From Balanoglossus misakiensis (Eukaryota > Animalia > Hemichordata), in assembly GCA_040954595.2 (NCBI GenBank), contig CM082590.2, positions 3,162,001-3,226,000 on the forward strand: 64,000 nt of DNA, in the 5' to 3' direction. The notes under the pieces were generated by a model. That model had not been told where the DNA came from. It did not search any database and saw only the letters and a program-made list of their open reading frames with translations. Below, piece after piece: positions 24,851-39,800 of the stretch. The position numbers and the translations under genes were made by a program. Every line of letters begins with the position of its first letter. The stretch's first letter is position 1.

Positions 24851-27800
24851 GTTTATTTACCGATTTCTGTTGTGATGCGCATAACACATAGATAGGCCTA
24901 TGCGCATAAGAACGTTTTCCACTAGACTCTGTAGATCGACGGATAGTTGTACAATTTCCATGGTTGCTTCCAAACAGCATCGTTTATTTACCGAATTCTG
25001 TTGTGAGGCGCAGAACACGTAATAGGTCTATGCGCATAAGGAAGTTTTCCACCAGACTCTGTAGATCGACGGATAGTTGTAAAATTTCATGGTTGCTTCC
25101 AAATACAGCCTCGTTTATTTACCGATTTCTGTTGTGATGCGCATAACACATAGATAGGCCTATGCGCATAAGAACGTTTTCCACTAGACTATGTAGATCG
25201 ACGGATAGTTGTACAATTTCCATGGTTGCTTCCAAACAGCCTCGTTTATTTACCGATTTCTGTTGTGAGGCGCAGAACACATGATAGGCCTATGCGCATA
25301 AGACATTTTTCCACTAGACTCTGTAGATCGACGGATAGTTCTAAAATTTCCATGGTTGCTTCCAAACAGCCTCGTTTATTTACCGAATTCTGTTCTGAGG
25401 CGCAGAGCACGCAATAGGCCTATGCGCATAAGAAAGTTTTCCACCAGACTCCGTAGATCGACGGATAGTTGTAAAATTTCCATGGTTGTTTCCAAACACA
25501 GCCTCGTTCATTTACAAAATTCTGTTGTGATGCGCTGAACACATACATATGCCTATGCGCATAAGAAAGTTTCCCACTAGACTCTGTAGATCGACGGATA
25601 GTTCTAAAATTTCCATGATTGCTTCCAAACACATCCTCGATTGTTTACAAAATTCTGTTGTGATGCGCAGAACACATAGATAGGCCTGTGCGCATATGAA
25701 CGTTTTCCACTATACACTGTAGATCCAGAGATAGTTCTAAAACTTCCATGTTTGCTTCCAAACAGCCTCGTTTATTTGCGGAATTCTGTTTTGAGGCGCA
25801 GAACACATAGATAGGCATATGTGAATAAGAAAGTTTTCCACTATAGACTCTGTAGATCGAGAGATAGTTGTAAAATTTCCATGGTTGCTTCCAAACAGCC
25901 TCGTTTATTTACCGATTTCTGTTGTGAGGCGCAGAACACATAGATAGGCCTATGCGCATAAAAAACTTTTCAACTTTAGATCAACGGATAGTTCAAAAAT
26001 TTCCATGCTTGTTTCCAAACAGCCTCGTTTATTTACCGAATTCTGTTGTGATGCGTAGAACACATACATATGCCTATGCGCATAAGAAAGTTTTCCACTA
26101 GACTCCGTAGATCGACGAATAGTTCTAAAATGTCCATGGTTGCTTCCAAACAGCCTCGTTTATTGACGGAATTCTGTTTTGAGGCGCAGAACACATAGAT
26201 AGGCATATGTGCATAAGAAAGTTTTCCACTATAGACTCTGTACATCGAGAGATAGTTCTAAAATTTCCATGGTTGCTTCCAAACACAGCCTCGTTTGTTT
26301 ACAAAATTCTGTTGTGATGCGCAGAACACATATATAGGCCTATGCGCATAAGAACGTTTTCCACTAGACTCTGTAGATCGACGGATAGTTCTAAAATTTC
26401 CATGGTTGCTTCTAAACAGCCTCGTTTATTTACCGAATTCTGTTGTGAGGCACAAAACACAGTGATAGGCCTATGTGCATAAGAAAGTTTTCCACTATAG
26501 ACTCTGTAGATCGAGAGATAGTTCTAAAATGTCCATGGTTGCTTCCAAACACAGCCTCGTTTGTTTACAAAATTCTGTTGTGATGCGCAGAACACATATA
26601 TAGGCCTATGCGAATAAGAACGTTTCCACTAGACTCTGTAGATCGACGGATAGCTGTAAAATTTCCATGATTGCTTTTAAACAGCCTCGTTTATTTACCG
26701 ATTTCTGTTGTGAGGCGCAGAACACATAGATAGGCATATGTGAATAAGAAAGTTTTCCACTATAGACTCTGTAGATCGAGAGATAGTTGTAAAATTTCCA
26801 TGGTTGCTTCCAAACAGCCTCGTTTATTTACCGATTTCTGTTGTGAGGCGCAGAACACATAGATAGGCCTATGCGCATAAAAAACTTTTCAACTTAAGAT
26901 CAACGGATAGTTCAAAAATTTCCATGGTTGTTTCCAAACAGCCTCGTTTATTTACCGAATTCTGTTGTGATGCGTAGAACACATACATATGCCTATGCGC
27001 ATAAGAAAGTTTTCCACTAGACTCCGTAGATCGACGAATAGTTCTAAAATGTCCATGGTTGCTTCCAAACAGCCTCGTTTATTGACGGAATTCTGTTTTG
27101 AGGCGCAGAACACATAGATAGGCATATGTGCATAAGAAAGTTTTCCACTATAGACTCTGTACATCGAGAGATAGTTCTAAAATTTCCATGGTTGCTTCCA
27201 AACACAGCCTCGTTTGTTTACAAAATTCTGTTGTGATGCGCAGAACACATATATAGGCCTATGCGCATAAGAACGTTTTCCACTAGACTCTGTAGATCGA
27301 CGGATAGTTCTAAAATTTCCATGGTTGCTTCCAAACAGCCTCGTTTATTTACCGAATTCTGTTGTGAGGCACAGAACACATTGATAGGCCCATGTGCATA
27401 AGAAAGTTTTCCACTATAGACTCTGTACATCGAGAGATAGTTCTAAAATTTCCATGGTTGCTTCCAAACACAGCCTCGTTTGTTTACAAAATTCTGTTGT
27501 GATGCGCAGAACACATGTATAGGCCTATGCGCATAAGAACGTTTTCCACTAGACTCTGTAGATCGACGGATAGTTCTAAAATTTCCATGGTTGCTTCCAA
27601 ACAGCCTCGTTTATTTACCGAATTCTGTTGTGAGGCACAGAACACATTGATAGGCCTATGTGCATAAGAAAGTTTTCCACTATAGACTCTGTAGATCGAG
27701 AGATAGTTCTAAAATGTCCATGGTTGCTTCCAAACACAGCCTCGTTTGTTTACAAAATTCTGTTGTGATGCGCAGAACACATATATAGGCCTATGCGAAT

Positions 27801-30800
27801 AAGAACGTTTCCACTAGACTCTGTAGATCGACGGATAGCTGTAAAATTTCCATGATTGCTTTTAAACAGCCTCGTTTATTTACCGATTTCTGTTGTGAGG
27901 CGCAGAACACATAGATAGGCATATGTGCATAAGAAAGTTTTCCACTATAGACTCTGTAGATCGAGAGATAGTTCTAAAATGTCCATGGTTGCTTCCAAAC
28001 ACAGCCTCGTTTGTTTACAAAATTCTGTTGTGATGCGCAGAACACATATATAGGCCTATGCGCATAAGAACGTTTCCACTAGACTCTGTAGATCGACGGA
28101 TAGCTGTAAAATTTCCATGGTTGCTTTTAAACAGCCTCGTTTATTTACCGATTTCTGTTGTGAGGCGAAGAACACATAGATAGGCATATGTGCATAAGAA
28201 AGTTTTCCACTATAGACTCTGTAGATCGAGAGATAGTTCTAAAATGTCCATGGTTGCTTCCAAACACAGCCTCGTTTGTTTACAAAATTCTGTTATGATG
28301 CGCAGAACACATATATAGGCCTATGCGCATAAGAACGTTTCCACTAGACTCTGTAGATCGACGGATAGCTGTAAAATTTCCATGGTTGCTTTTAAACAGC
28401 CTCGTTTATTTACCGATTTCTGTTGTGAGGCGCAGAACACATAGATAGGCATATGTGCATAAGAAAGTTTTCCACTATAGACTCTGTAGATCGAGAGATA
28501 GTTCTAAAATGTCCATGGTTGCTTCCAAACACAGCCTCGTTTATTTACCGATTTCTGTTGTGATGCGCATAACACATAAATAGGCCTATGCGCATAAGAA
28601 CGTTTTCCACTAGACTCTGTAGATCGACGGATAGTTGTACAATTTCCATGGTTGCTTCCAAACAGCATCGTTTATTTACCGAATTCTGTTGTGAGGCGCA
28701 GAACACGTAATAGGTCTATGCGCATAAGGAAGTTTTCCACCAGACTCTGTAGATCGACGGATAGTTGTAAAATTTCATGGTTGCTTCCAAATACAGCCTC
28801 GTTTATTTACCGATTTCTGTTGTGATGCGCATAACACATAGATAGGCCTATGCGCATAAGAACGTTTTCCACTAGACTATGTAGATCGACGGATAGTTGC
28901 ACAATTTCCATGGTTGCTTCCAAACAGCCTCGTTTATTTACCGATTTCGGTTGTGAGGCGCAGAACACATGATAGGCCTATGCGCATAAGACATTTTTCC
29001 ACTAGACTCTGTAGATCGACGGATAGTTCTAAAATTTCCATGGTTGCTTCCAAACAGCCTTGTTTATTTACCGAATTCTGTTGTGAGGCGCAGAGCACGC
29101 AATAGGCCTATGCGCATAAGAAAGTTTTCCACCAGACTCCGTAGATCGACGGATAGTTGTAAAATTTCCATGGTTGTTTCCAAACACAGCCTCGTTCATT
29201 TACAAAATTCTATTGTGATGCGCTGAACACATACATATGCCTATGCGCATAAGAAAGTTTCCCACTAGACTCTGTAGATCGACGGATAGTTCTAAAATTT
29301 CCATGATTGCTTCCAAACACATCCTCGATTGTTTACAAAATTCTGTTGTGATGCGCAGAACACATAGATAGGCCTGTGCGCATATGAACGTTTTCCACTA
29401 TACACTGTAGATCCAGAGATAGTTCTAAAACTTCCATGTTTGCTTCCAAACAGCCTCGTTTATTTGCGGAATTCTGTTTTGAGGCGCAGAACACATAGAT
29501 AGGCATATGTGAATAAGAAAGTTTTCCACTATAGACTCTGTAGATCGAGAGATAGTTGTAAAATTTCCATGGTTGCTTCCAAACAGCCTCGTTTATTTAC
29601 CGATTTCTGTTGTGAGGCGCAGAACACATAGATAGGCCTATGCGCATAAAAAACTTTTCAACTTTAGATCAACGGATAGTTCAAAAATTTCCATGGTTGT
29701 TTCCAAACAGCCTCGTTTATTTACCGAATTCTGTTGTGATGCGTAGAACACATACATATGCCTATGCGCATAAGAAAGTTTTCCACTAGACTCCGTAGAT
29801 CGACGAATAGTTCTAAAATGTCCATGGTTGCTTCCAAACAGCCTCGTTTATTGACGGAATTCTGTTTTGAGGCGCAGAACACATAGATAGGCATATGTGC
29901 ATAAGAAAGTTTTCCACTATAGACTCTGTACATCGAGAGATAGTTCTAAAATTTCCATGGTTGCTTCCAAACACAGCCTCGTTTGTTTACAAAATTCTGT
30001 TGTGATGAGCAGAACACATATATAGGCCTATGCGCATAAGAACGTTTTCCACTAGACTCTGTAGATCGACGGATAGTTCTAAAATGTCCATGGTTGCTTC
30101 CAAACAGCCTCGTTTATTTACCGAATTCTGTTGTGAGGCGCAGAACACATAGATAGGCATATGTGCATAAGAAAGTTTTCCACTATAGACTCTGTAGATC
30201 GAGAGATAGTTCTAAAATGTCCATGGTTGCTACCAAACACAGCCTCGTTTGTTTACAAAATTCTGTTGTGATGCGCAGAACACATATATAGGCCTATGCG
30301 CATAAGAACGTTTCCACTAGACTCTGTAGATCGACGGATAGCTGTAAAATTTCCATGGTTGCTTCCAAACAGCCTCGTTTATTTACCGATTTCTGTTGTG
30401 AGGCGCAGAACACATGATAGGCCTATGCGCATGAGACATTTTTCCACTAGACTCTGTACATCGAGAGATAGTTCTAAAATTTCCATGGTTGCTTCCAAAC
30501 ACAGCCTCGTTTGTTTACAAAATTCTGTTGTGATGCGCAGAACACATATATAGGCCTATGCGCATAAGAACGTTTTCCACTAGACTCTGTAGATCGACGG
30601 ATAGTTCTAAAATTTCCATGGTTGCTTCCAAACAGCCTCGTTTATTTACCGAATTCTGTTGTGAGGCACAGAACACATTGATAGGCCTATGTGCATAAGA
30701 AAGTTTTCCACTATAGACTCTGTACATCGAGAGATAGTTCTAAAATTTCCATGGTTGCTTCCAAACACAGCCTCGTTTGTTTACAAAATTCTGTTGTGAT

Positions 30801-33800
30801 GCGCAGAACACATATATAGGCCTATGCGCATAAGAACGTTTTCCACTAGACTCTGTAGATCGACGGATAGTTCTAAAATTTCCATGGTTGCTTCCAAACA
30901 GCCTCGTTTATTTACCGAATTCTGTTGTGAGGCACAGAACACATTGATAGGCCTATGTGCATAAGAAAGTTTTCCACTATAGACTCTGTAGATCGAGAGA
31001 TAGTTCTAAAATGTCCATGGTTGCTTCCAAACACAGCCTCGTTTGTTTACAAAATTCTGTTGTGATGCGCAGAACACATATATAGGCCTATGCGCATAAG
31101 AACGTTTCCACTAGACTCTGTAGATCGACGGATAGCTGTAAAATTTCCATGGTTGCTTTTAAACAGCCTCGTTTATTTACCGATTTCTGTTGTGAGGCGC
31201 AGAACACATAGATAGGCATATGTGCATAAGAAAGTTTTCCACTATAGACTCTGTAGATCGAGAGATAGTTCTAAAATGTCCATGGTTGCTTCCAAACACA
31301 GCCTCGTTTGTTTACAAAATTCTGTTATGATGCGCAGAACACATATATAGGCCTATGCGCATAAGAACGTTTCCACTAGACTCTGTAGATCGACGGATAG
31401 CTGTAAAATTTCCATGGTTGCTTTTAAACAGCCTCGTTTATTTACCGATTTCTGTTGTGAGGCGCAGAACACATAGATAGGCATATGTGCATAAGAAAGT
31501 TTTCCACTATAGACTCTGTAGATCGAGAGATAGTTCTAAAATGTCCATGGTTGCTTCCAAACACAGCCTCGTTTATTTACCGATTTCTGTTGTGATGCGC
31601 ATAACACATAGATAGGCCTATGCGCATAAGAACGTTTTCCACTAGACTCTGTAGATCGACGGATAGTTGTACAATTTCCATGGTTGCTTCCAAACAGCAT
31701 CGTTTATTTACCGAATTCTGTTGTGAGGCGCAGAACACGTAATAGGTCTATGCGCATAAGGAAGTTTTCCACCAGACTCTGTAGATCGACGGATAGTTGT
31801 AAAATTTCATGGTTGCTTCCAAATACAGCCTCGTTTATTTACCGATTTCTGTTGTGATGCGCATAACACATAGATAGGCCTATGCGCATAAGAACGTTTT
31901 CCACTAGACTATGTAGATCGACGGATAGTTGCACAATTTCCATGGTTGCTTCCAAACAGCCTCGTTTATTTACCGATTTCTGTTGTGAGGCGCAGAACAC
32001 ATGATAGGCCTATGCGCATAAGACATTTTTCCACTAGACTCTGTAGATCGACGGATAGTTCTAAAATTTCCATGGTTGCTTCCAAACAGCCTTGTTTATT
32101 TACCGAATTCTGTTGTGAGGCGCAGAGCACGCTATAGGCCTATGCGCATAAGAAAGTTTTCCACCAGACTCCGTAGATCGACGGATAGTTGTAAAATTTC
32201 CATGGTTGTTTCCAAACACAGCCTCGTTCATTTACAAAATTCTGTTGTGATGCGCTGAACACATACATATGCCTATGCGCATAATAAAGTTTCCCACTAG
32301 ACTCTGTAGATCGACGGATAGTTCTAAAATTTCCATGATTGCTTCCAAACACATCCTCGATTGTTTACAAAATTCTGTTGTGATGCGCAGAACACATAGA
32401 TAGGCCTGTGCGCATATGAACGTTTTCCACTATACACTGTAGATCCAGAGATAGTTCTAAAACTTCCATGTTTGCTTCCAAACAGCCTCGTTTATTTGCG
32501 GAATTCTGTTTTGAGGCGCAGAACACATAGATAGGCATATGTGAATAAGAAAGTTTTCCACTAGACTCTGTAGATCGACGGATAGCTGTAAAATTTCCAT
32601 GGTTGCTTCCAAACAGCCTCGTTTATTTACCGATTTCTGTTGTGAGGCGCAGAACACATGATAGGCCTATGCGCATGAGACATTTTTCCACTAGACTCTG
32701 TACATCGAGAGATAGTTCTAAAATGTCCATGGTTGCTTCCAAACACAGCCTCGTTTATTTACCGATTTCTGTTGTGATGCGCATAAGAACGTTTTCCACT
32801 AGACTCTGTAGATCGACGGATAGTTGTACAATTTCCATGGTTGCTTCCAAACAGCATCGTTTATTTACCGAATTCTGTTGTGAGGCGCAGAACACGTAAT
32901 AGGTCTATGCGCATAAGGAAGTTTTCCACCAGACTCTGTAGATCGACGGATAGTTGTAAAATTTCATGGTTGCTTCCAAATACAGCCTCGTTTATTTACC
33001 GATTTCTGTTGTGATGCGCATAACACATAGATAGGCCTATGCGCATAAGAACGTTTTCCACTAGACTATGTAGATCGACGGATAGTTGCACAATTTCCAT
33101 GGTTGCTTCCAAACAGCCTCGTTTATTTACCGATTTCTGTTGTGAGGCGCAGAACACATAGATAGGCATATGTGCATAAGAAAGTTTTCCACTATAGACT
33201 CTGTAGATCGAGAGATAGTTCTAAAATGTCCATGGTTGCTTCCAAACACAGCCTCGTTTATTTACCGATTTCTGTTGTGATGCGCATAACACATAGATAG
33301 GCCTATGCGCATAAGAACGTTTTCCACTAGACTCTGTAGATCGACGGATAGTTGTACAATTTCCATGGTTGCTTCCAAACAGCATCGTTTATTTACCGAA
33401 TTCTGTTGTGAGGCGCAGAACACGTAATAGGTCTATGCGCATAAGGAAGTTTTCCACCAGACTCTGTAGATCGACGGATAGTTGTAAAATTTCATGGTTG
33501 CTTCCAAATACAGCCTCGTTTATTTACCGATTTCTGTTGTGATGCGCATAACACATAGATAGGCCTATGCGCATAAGAACGTTTTCCACTAGACTATGTA
33601 GATCGACGGATAGTTGCACAATTTCCATGGTTGCTTCCAAACAGCCTCGTTTATTTACCGATTTCTGTTGTGAGGCGCAGAACACATGATAGGCCTATGC
33701 GCATAAGACATTTTTCCACTAGACTCTGTAGATCGACGGATAGTTCTAAAATTTCCATGGTTGCTTCCAAACAGCCTTGTTTATTTACCGAATTCTGTTG

Positions 33801-36800
33801 TGAGGCGCAGAGCACGCAATAGGCCTATGCGCATAAGAAAGTTTTCCACCAGACTCCGTAGATCGACGGATAGTTGTAAAATTTCCATGGTTGTTTCCAA
33901 ACACAGCCTCGTTCATTTACAAAATTCTGTTGTGATGCGCTGAACACATACATATGCCTATGCGCATAATAAAGTTTCCCACTAGACTCTGTAGATCGAC
34001 GGATAGTTCTAAAATTTCCATGATTGCTTCCAAACACATCCTCGATTGTTTACAAAATTCTGTTGTGATGCGCAGAACACATAGATAGGCCTGTGCGCAT
34101 ATGAACGTTTTCCACTATACACTGTAGATCCAGAGATAGTTCTAAAACTTCCATGTTTGCTTCCAAACAGCCTCGTTTATTTGCGGAATTCTGTTTTGAG
34201 GCGCAGAACACATAGATAGGCATATGTGAATAAGAAAGTTTTCCACTAGACTCTGTAGATCGACGGATAGCTGTAAAATTTCCATGGTTGCTTCCAAACA
34301 GCCTCGTTTATTTACCGATTTCTGTTGTGAGGCGCAGAACACATGATAGGCCTATGCGCATGAGACATTTTTCCACTAGACTCTGTACATCGAGAGATAG
34401 TTCTAAAATGTCCATGGTTGCTTCCAAACACAGCCTCGTTTATTTACCGATTTCTGTTGTGATGCGCATAAGAACGTTTTCCACTAGACTCTGTAGATCG
34501 ACGGATAGTTGTACAATTTCCATGGTTGCTTCCAAACAGCCTCGTTTATTTACCGATTTCTGTTGTGAGGCGCAGAACACATGATAGGCCTATGCGCATA
34601 AGACATTTTTCCACTAGACTCTGTAGATCGACGGATAGTTCTAAAATTTCCATGGTTGCTTCCAAACAGCCTTGTTTATTTACCGAATTCTGTTGTGAGG
34701 CGCAGAGCACGCAATAGGCCTATGCGCATAAGAAAGTTTTCCACCAGACTCCGTAGATCGACGGATAGTTGTAAAATTTCCATGGTTGTTTCCAAACACA
34801 GCCTCGTTCATTTACAAAATTCTGTTGTGATGCGCTGAACACATACATATGCCTATGCGCATAAGAAAGTTTCCCACTAGACTCTGTAGATCGACGGATA
34901 GTTCTAAAATTTCCATGATTGCTTCCAAACACATCCTCGATTGTTTACAAAATTCTGTTGTGATGCGCAGAACACATAGATAGGCCTGTGCGCATATGAA
35001 CGTTTTCCACTATACACTGTAGATCCAGAGATAGTTATAAAACTTCCATGTTTGCTTCCAAACAGCCTCGTTTATTTGCGGAATTCTGTTTTGAGGCGCA
35101 GAACACATAGATAGGCATATGTGAATAAGAAAGTTTTCCACTATAGACTCTGTAGATCGAGAGATAGTTGTAAAATTTCCATGGTTGCTTCCAAACAGCC
35201 TCGTTTATTTACCGATTTCTGTTGTGAGGCGCAGAACACATAGATAGGCCTATGCGCATAAAAAACTTTTCAACTTTAGATCAACGGATAGTTCAAAAAT
35301 TTCCATGGTTGTTTCCAAACAGCCTCGTTTATTTACCGAATTCTGTTGTGATGCGTAGAACACATACATATGCCTATGCGCATAAGAAAGTTTTCCACTA
35401 GACTCCGTAGATCGACGAATAGTTCTAAAATGTCCATGGTTGCTTCCAAACAGCCTCGTTTATTGACGGAATTCTGTTTTGAGGCGCAGAACACATAGAT
35501 AGGCATATGTGCATAAGAAAGTTTTCCACTATAGACTCTGTACATCGAGAGATAGTTCTAAAATTTCCATGGTTGCTTCCAAACACAGCCTCGTTTGTTT
35601 ACAAAATTCTGTTGTGATGCGCAGAACACATATATAGGCCTATGCGCATAAGAACGTTTTCCACTAGACTCTGTAGATCGACGGATAGTTCTAAAATGTC
35701 CATGGTTGCTTCCAAACAGCCTCGTTTATTTACCGAATTCTGTTGTGAGGCGCAGAACACATAGATAGGCATATGTGCATAAGAAAGTTTTCCACTATAG
35801 ACTCTGTAGATCGAGAGATAGTTCTAAAATGTCCATGGTTGCTACCAAACACAGCCTCGTTTGTTTACAAAATTCTGTTGTGATGCGCAGAACACATATA
35901 TAGGCCTATGCGCATAAGAACGTTTCCACTAGACTCTGTAGATCGACGGATAGCTGTAAAATTTCCATGGTTGCTTCCAAACAGCCTCGTTTATTTACCG
36001 ATTTCTGTTGTGAGGCGCAGAACACATGATAGGCCTATGCGCATGAGACATTTTTCCACTAGACTCTGTAGATCGACGGATAGCTGTAAAATGTCCATGG
36101 TTGCTTCCAAACACAGCCTCGTTTGTTTACAAAATTCTGTTGTGATGCGCAGAACACATATATAGGCCTATGCGCATAAGAACGTTTTCCACTAGACTTT
36201 GTAGATCGACGGATAGTTGTACAATGTCCATGGTTGCTTCCAAACAGCCTCGTTTATTTACCGAATTCTGTTGTGAGGCGCAGAACACGTAATAGGTCTA
36301 TGCGCATAAGGAAGTTTTCCACCAGACTCTGTAGATCGACGGATAGTTCTAAAATGTCCATGGTTGCTTCCAAACACAGCCTCGTTTGTTTACAAAATTC
36401 TGTTGTGATGCGCAGAACACATATATAGGCCTATGCGCATAAGAACGTTTTCCACTAGACTTTGTAGATCGACGGATAGTTGTACAATGTCCATGGTTGC
36501 TTCCAAACAGCCTCGTTTATTTACCGAATTCTGTTGTGAGGCGCAGAACACGTAATAGGTCTATGCGCATAAGGAAGTTTTCCACCAGACTCTGTAGATC
36601 GACGGATAGTTGTAAAATTTCATGGTTGCTTCCAAATACAGCCTCGTTTATTTACCGATTTCTGTTGTGATGCGCATAACACATAGATAGGCCTATGCGC
36701 ATAAGAACGTTTTCCACTAGACTCTGTAGATCGACGGATAGTTGTACAATTTCCATGGTTGCTTCCAAACAGCCTCGTTTATTTACCGATTTCTGTTGTG

Positions 36801-39800
36801 AGGCGCAGAACACATGATAGGCCTATGCGCATAAGACATTTTTCCACTAGACTCTGTAGATCGTCGGATAGTTCTAAAATTTCCATGGTTGCTTCCAAAC
36901 AGCCTCGTTTATTTACCGAATTCTGTTGTGAGGCGCAGAGCACGTAATAGGCCTATGCGCATAAGAAAGTTTTCCACCAGACTCTGTAGATCGACGGATA
37001 GTTGTAAAATTTCCATGGTTGCTTCCAAACAGCCTCGTTTATTTACCGATTTCTGTTGTGATGCGCAGAACACATAGATAGGCATATGTGCATAATAAAG
37101 TTTTCCACTAGACTCTGTAGATCGAGAGATAGTTCTAAAATTTCCATGGTTGCTTCCAAACACAGCCTCGTTTGTTTACAAAATTCTGTTGTGATGCGCA
37201 GAACACATATATAGGCCTATGCGCATTATAACGTTTTCCACTAGACTCTGTAGATCGACGGATAGTTGTAAAATGTCCATGGTTGCTTCCAAACAGCCTC
37301 GTTTATTTACCGAATTCTGTTGTGAGGCGCAGAACACATAGATAGGCATATGTGCATAAGAAAATTTTCCACTATAGACTCTGTAGATCGAGAGATAGTT
37401 CTAAAATGTCCATGGTTGCTTCCAAACACAGCCTCGTTTGTTTACAAAATTCTGTTGTGATGCGCAGAACACATATATAGGCCTATGCGCATAAGAACGT
37501 TTCCACTAGACTCTGTAGATCGACGGATAGCTGTAAAATTTCCATGGTTGCTTCCAAACAGCCTCGTTTATTTACCGAATTCTGTTGTGAGGCGCAGAAC
37601 ACATAGATAGGCATATGTGCATAAGAAAGTTTTCCACTATAGACTCTGTAGATCGAGAGATAGTTCTAAAATGTCCATGGTTGCTTCCAAACACAGCCTC
37701 GTTTATTTACCGATTTCTGTTGTGATGCGCATAACACATAGATAGGCCTATGCGCATAAGAACGTTTTCCACTAGACTCTGTAGATCGACGGATAGTTGT
37801 ACAATTTCCATGGTTGCTTCCAAACAGCATCGTTTATTTACCGAATTCTGTTGTGAGGCGCAGAACACGTAATAGGTCTATGCGCATAAGGAAGTTTTCC
37901 AACAGACTCTGTAGATCGACGGATAGTTGTAAAATTTCATGGTTGCTTCCAAATACAGCCTCGTTTATTTACCGATTTCTGTTGTGATGCGCATAACACA
38001 TAGATAGGCCTATGCGCATAAGAACGTTTTCCACTAGACTCTGTAGATCGACGGATAGTTGTACAATTTCCATGGTTGCTTCCAAACAGCCTCGTTTATT
38101 TACCGAATTCTGTTGTGAGGCGCAGAGCACGTAATAGGCCTATGCGCATAAGAAAGTTTTCCACCAGACTCCGTAGATCGACGGATAGTTGTAAAATTTC
38201 CATGGTTGTTTCCAAACACAGCCTCGTTCATTTACAAAATTCTGTTGTGATGCGCTGAACACATACATATGCCTATGCGCATAAGAAAGTTTCCACTAGA
38301 CTCTGTAGATCGACGGATAGTTCTAAAATTTCCATGATTGCTTCCAAACACATCCTCGATTGTTTACAAAATTCTGTTGTGATGCGCAGAACACATAGAT
38401 AGGCCTATGCGCATATGAACGTTTTCCACTATACACTGTAGATCGAGAGATAGTTCTAAAACTTCCATGTTTGCTTCCAAACAGCCTCGTTTATTTGCGG
38501 AATTCTGTTTTGAGGCGCAGAACACATAGATAGGCATATGTGAATAAGAAAGTTTTCCACTAGACTCTGTAGATCGACGGATAGCTGTAAAATTTCCATG
38601 GTTGCTTCCAAACAGCCTCGTTTATTTACCGAATTCTGTTGTGAGGCGCAGAACACATAGATAGGCATATGTGCATAAGAAAGTTTTCCACTATAGACTC
38701 TGTAGATCGAGAGATAGTTCTAAAATGTCCATGGTTGCTTCCAAACACAGCCTCGTTTATTTACCGATTTCTGTTGTGATGCGCATAACACATAGATAGG
38801 CCTATGCGCATAAGAACGTTTTCCACTAGACTCTGTAGATCGACGGATAGTTGTACAATTTCCATGGTTGCTTCCAAACAGCATCGTTTATTTACCGAAT
38901 TCTGTTGTGAGGCGCAGAACACGTAATAGGTCTATGCGCATAAGGAAGTTTTCCAACAGACTCTGTAGATCGACGGATAGTTGTAAAATTTCATGGTTGC
39001 TTCCAAATACAGCCTCGTTTATTTACCGATTTCTGTTGTGATGCGCATAACACATAGATAGGCCTATGCGCATAAGAACGTTTTCCACTAGACTCTGTAG
39101 ATCAACGGATAGTTGTACAATTTCCATGGTTGCTTCCAAACAGCCTCGTTTATTTACCGATTTCTGTTGTGAGGCGCAGAGCACGTGATAGGCCTATGCG
39201 CATAAGACATTTTTCCACTAGACTCTGTAGATCGACGGATAGTTCTAAAATTTCCATGGTTGCTTCCAAACAGCCTCGTTTATTTACCGAATTCTGTTGT
39301 GAGGCGCAGAGCACGTAATAGGCCTATGCGCATAAGAAAGTTTTCCACCAGACTCCGTAGATCGACGGATAGTTGTAAAATTTCCATGGTTGTTTCCAAA
39401 CACAGCCTCGTTCATTTACAAAATTCTGTTGTGATGCGCTGAACACATACATATGCCTATGCGCATAAGAAAGTTTCCACTAGACTCTGTAGATCGACGG
39501 ATAGTTCTAAAATTTCCATGATTGCTTCCAAACACATCCTCGATTGTTTACAAAATTCTGTTGTGATGCGCAGAACACATAGATAGGCCTATGCGCATAT
39601 GAACGTTTTCCACTATACACTGTAGATCGAGAGATAGTTCTAAAACTTCCATGTTTGCTTCCAAACAGCCTCGTTTATTTGCGGAATTCTGTTTTGAGGC
39701 GCAGAACACATAGATAGGCATATGTGAATAAGAAAGTTTTCCACTATAGACTCTGTAGATCGAGAGATAGTTGTAAAATTTCCATGGTTGCTTCCAAACA

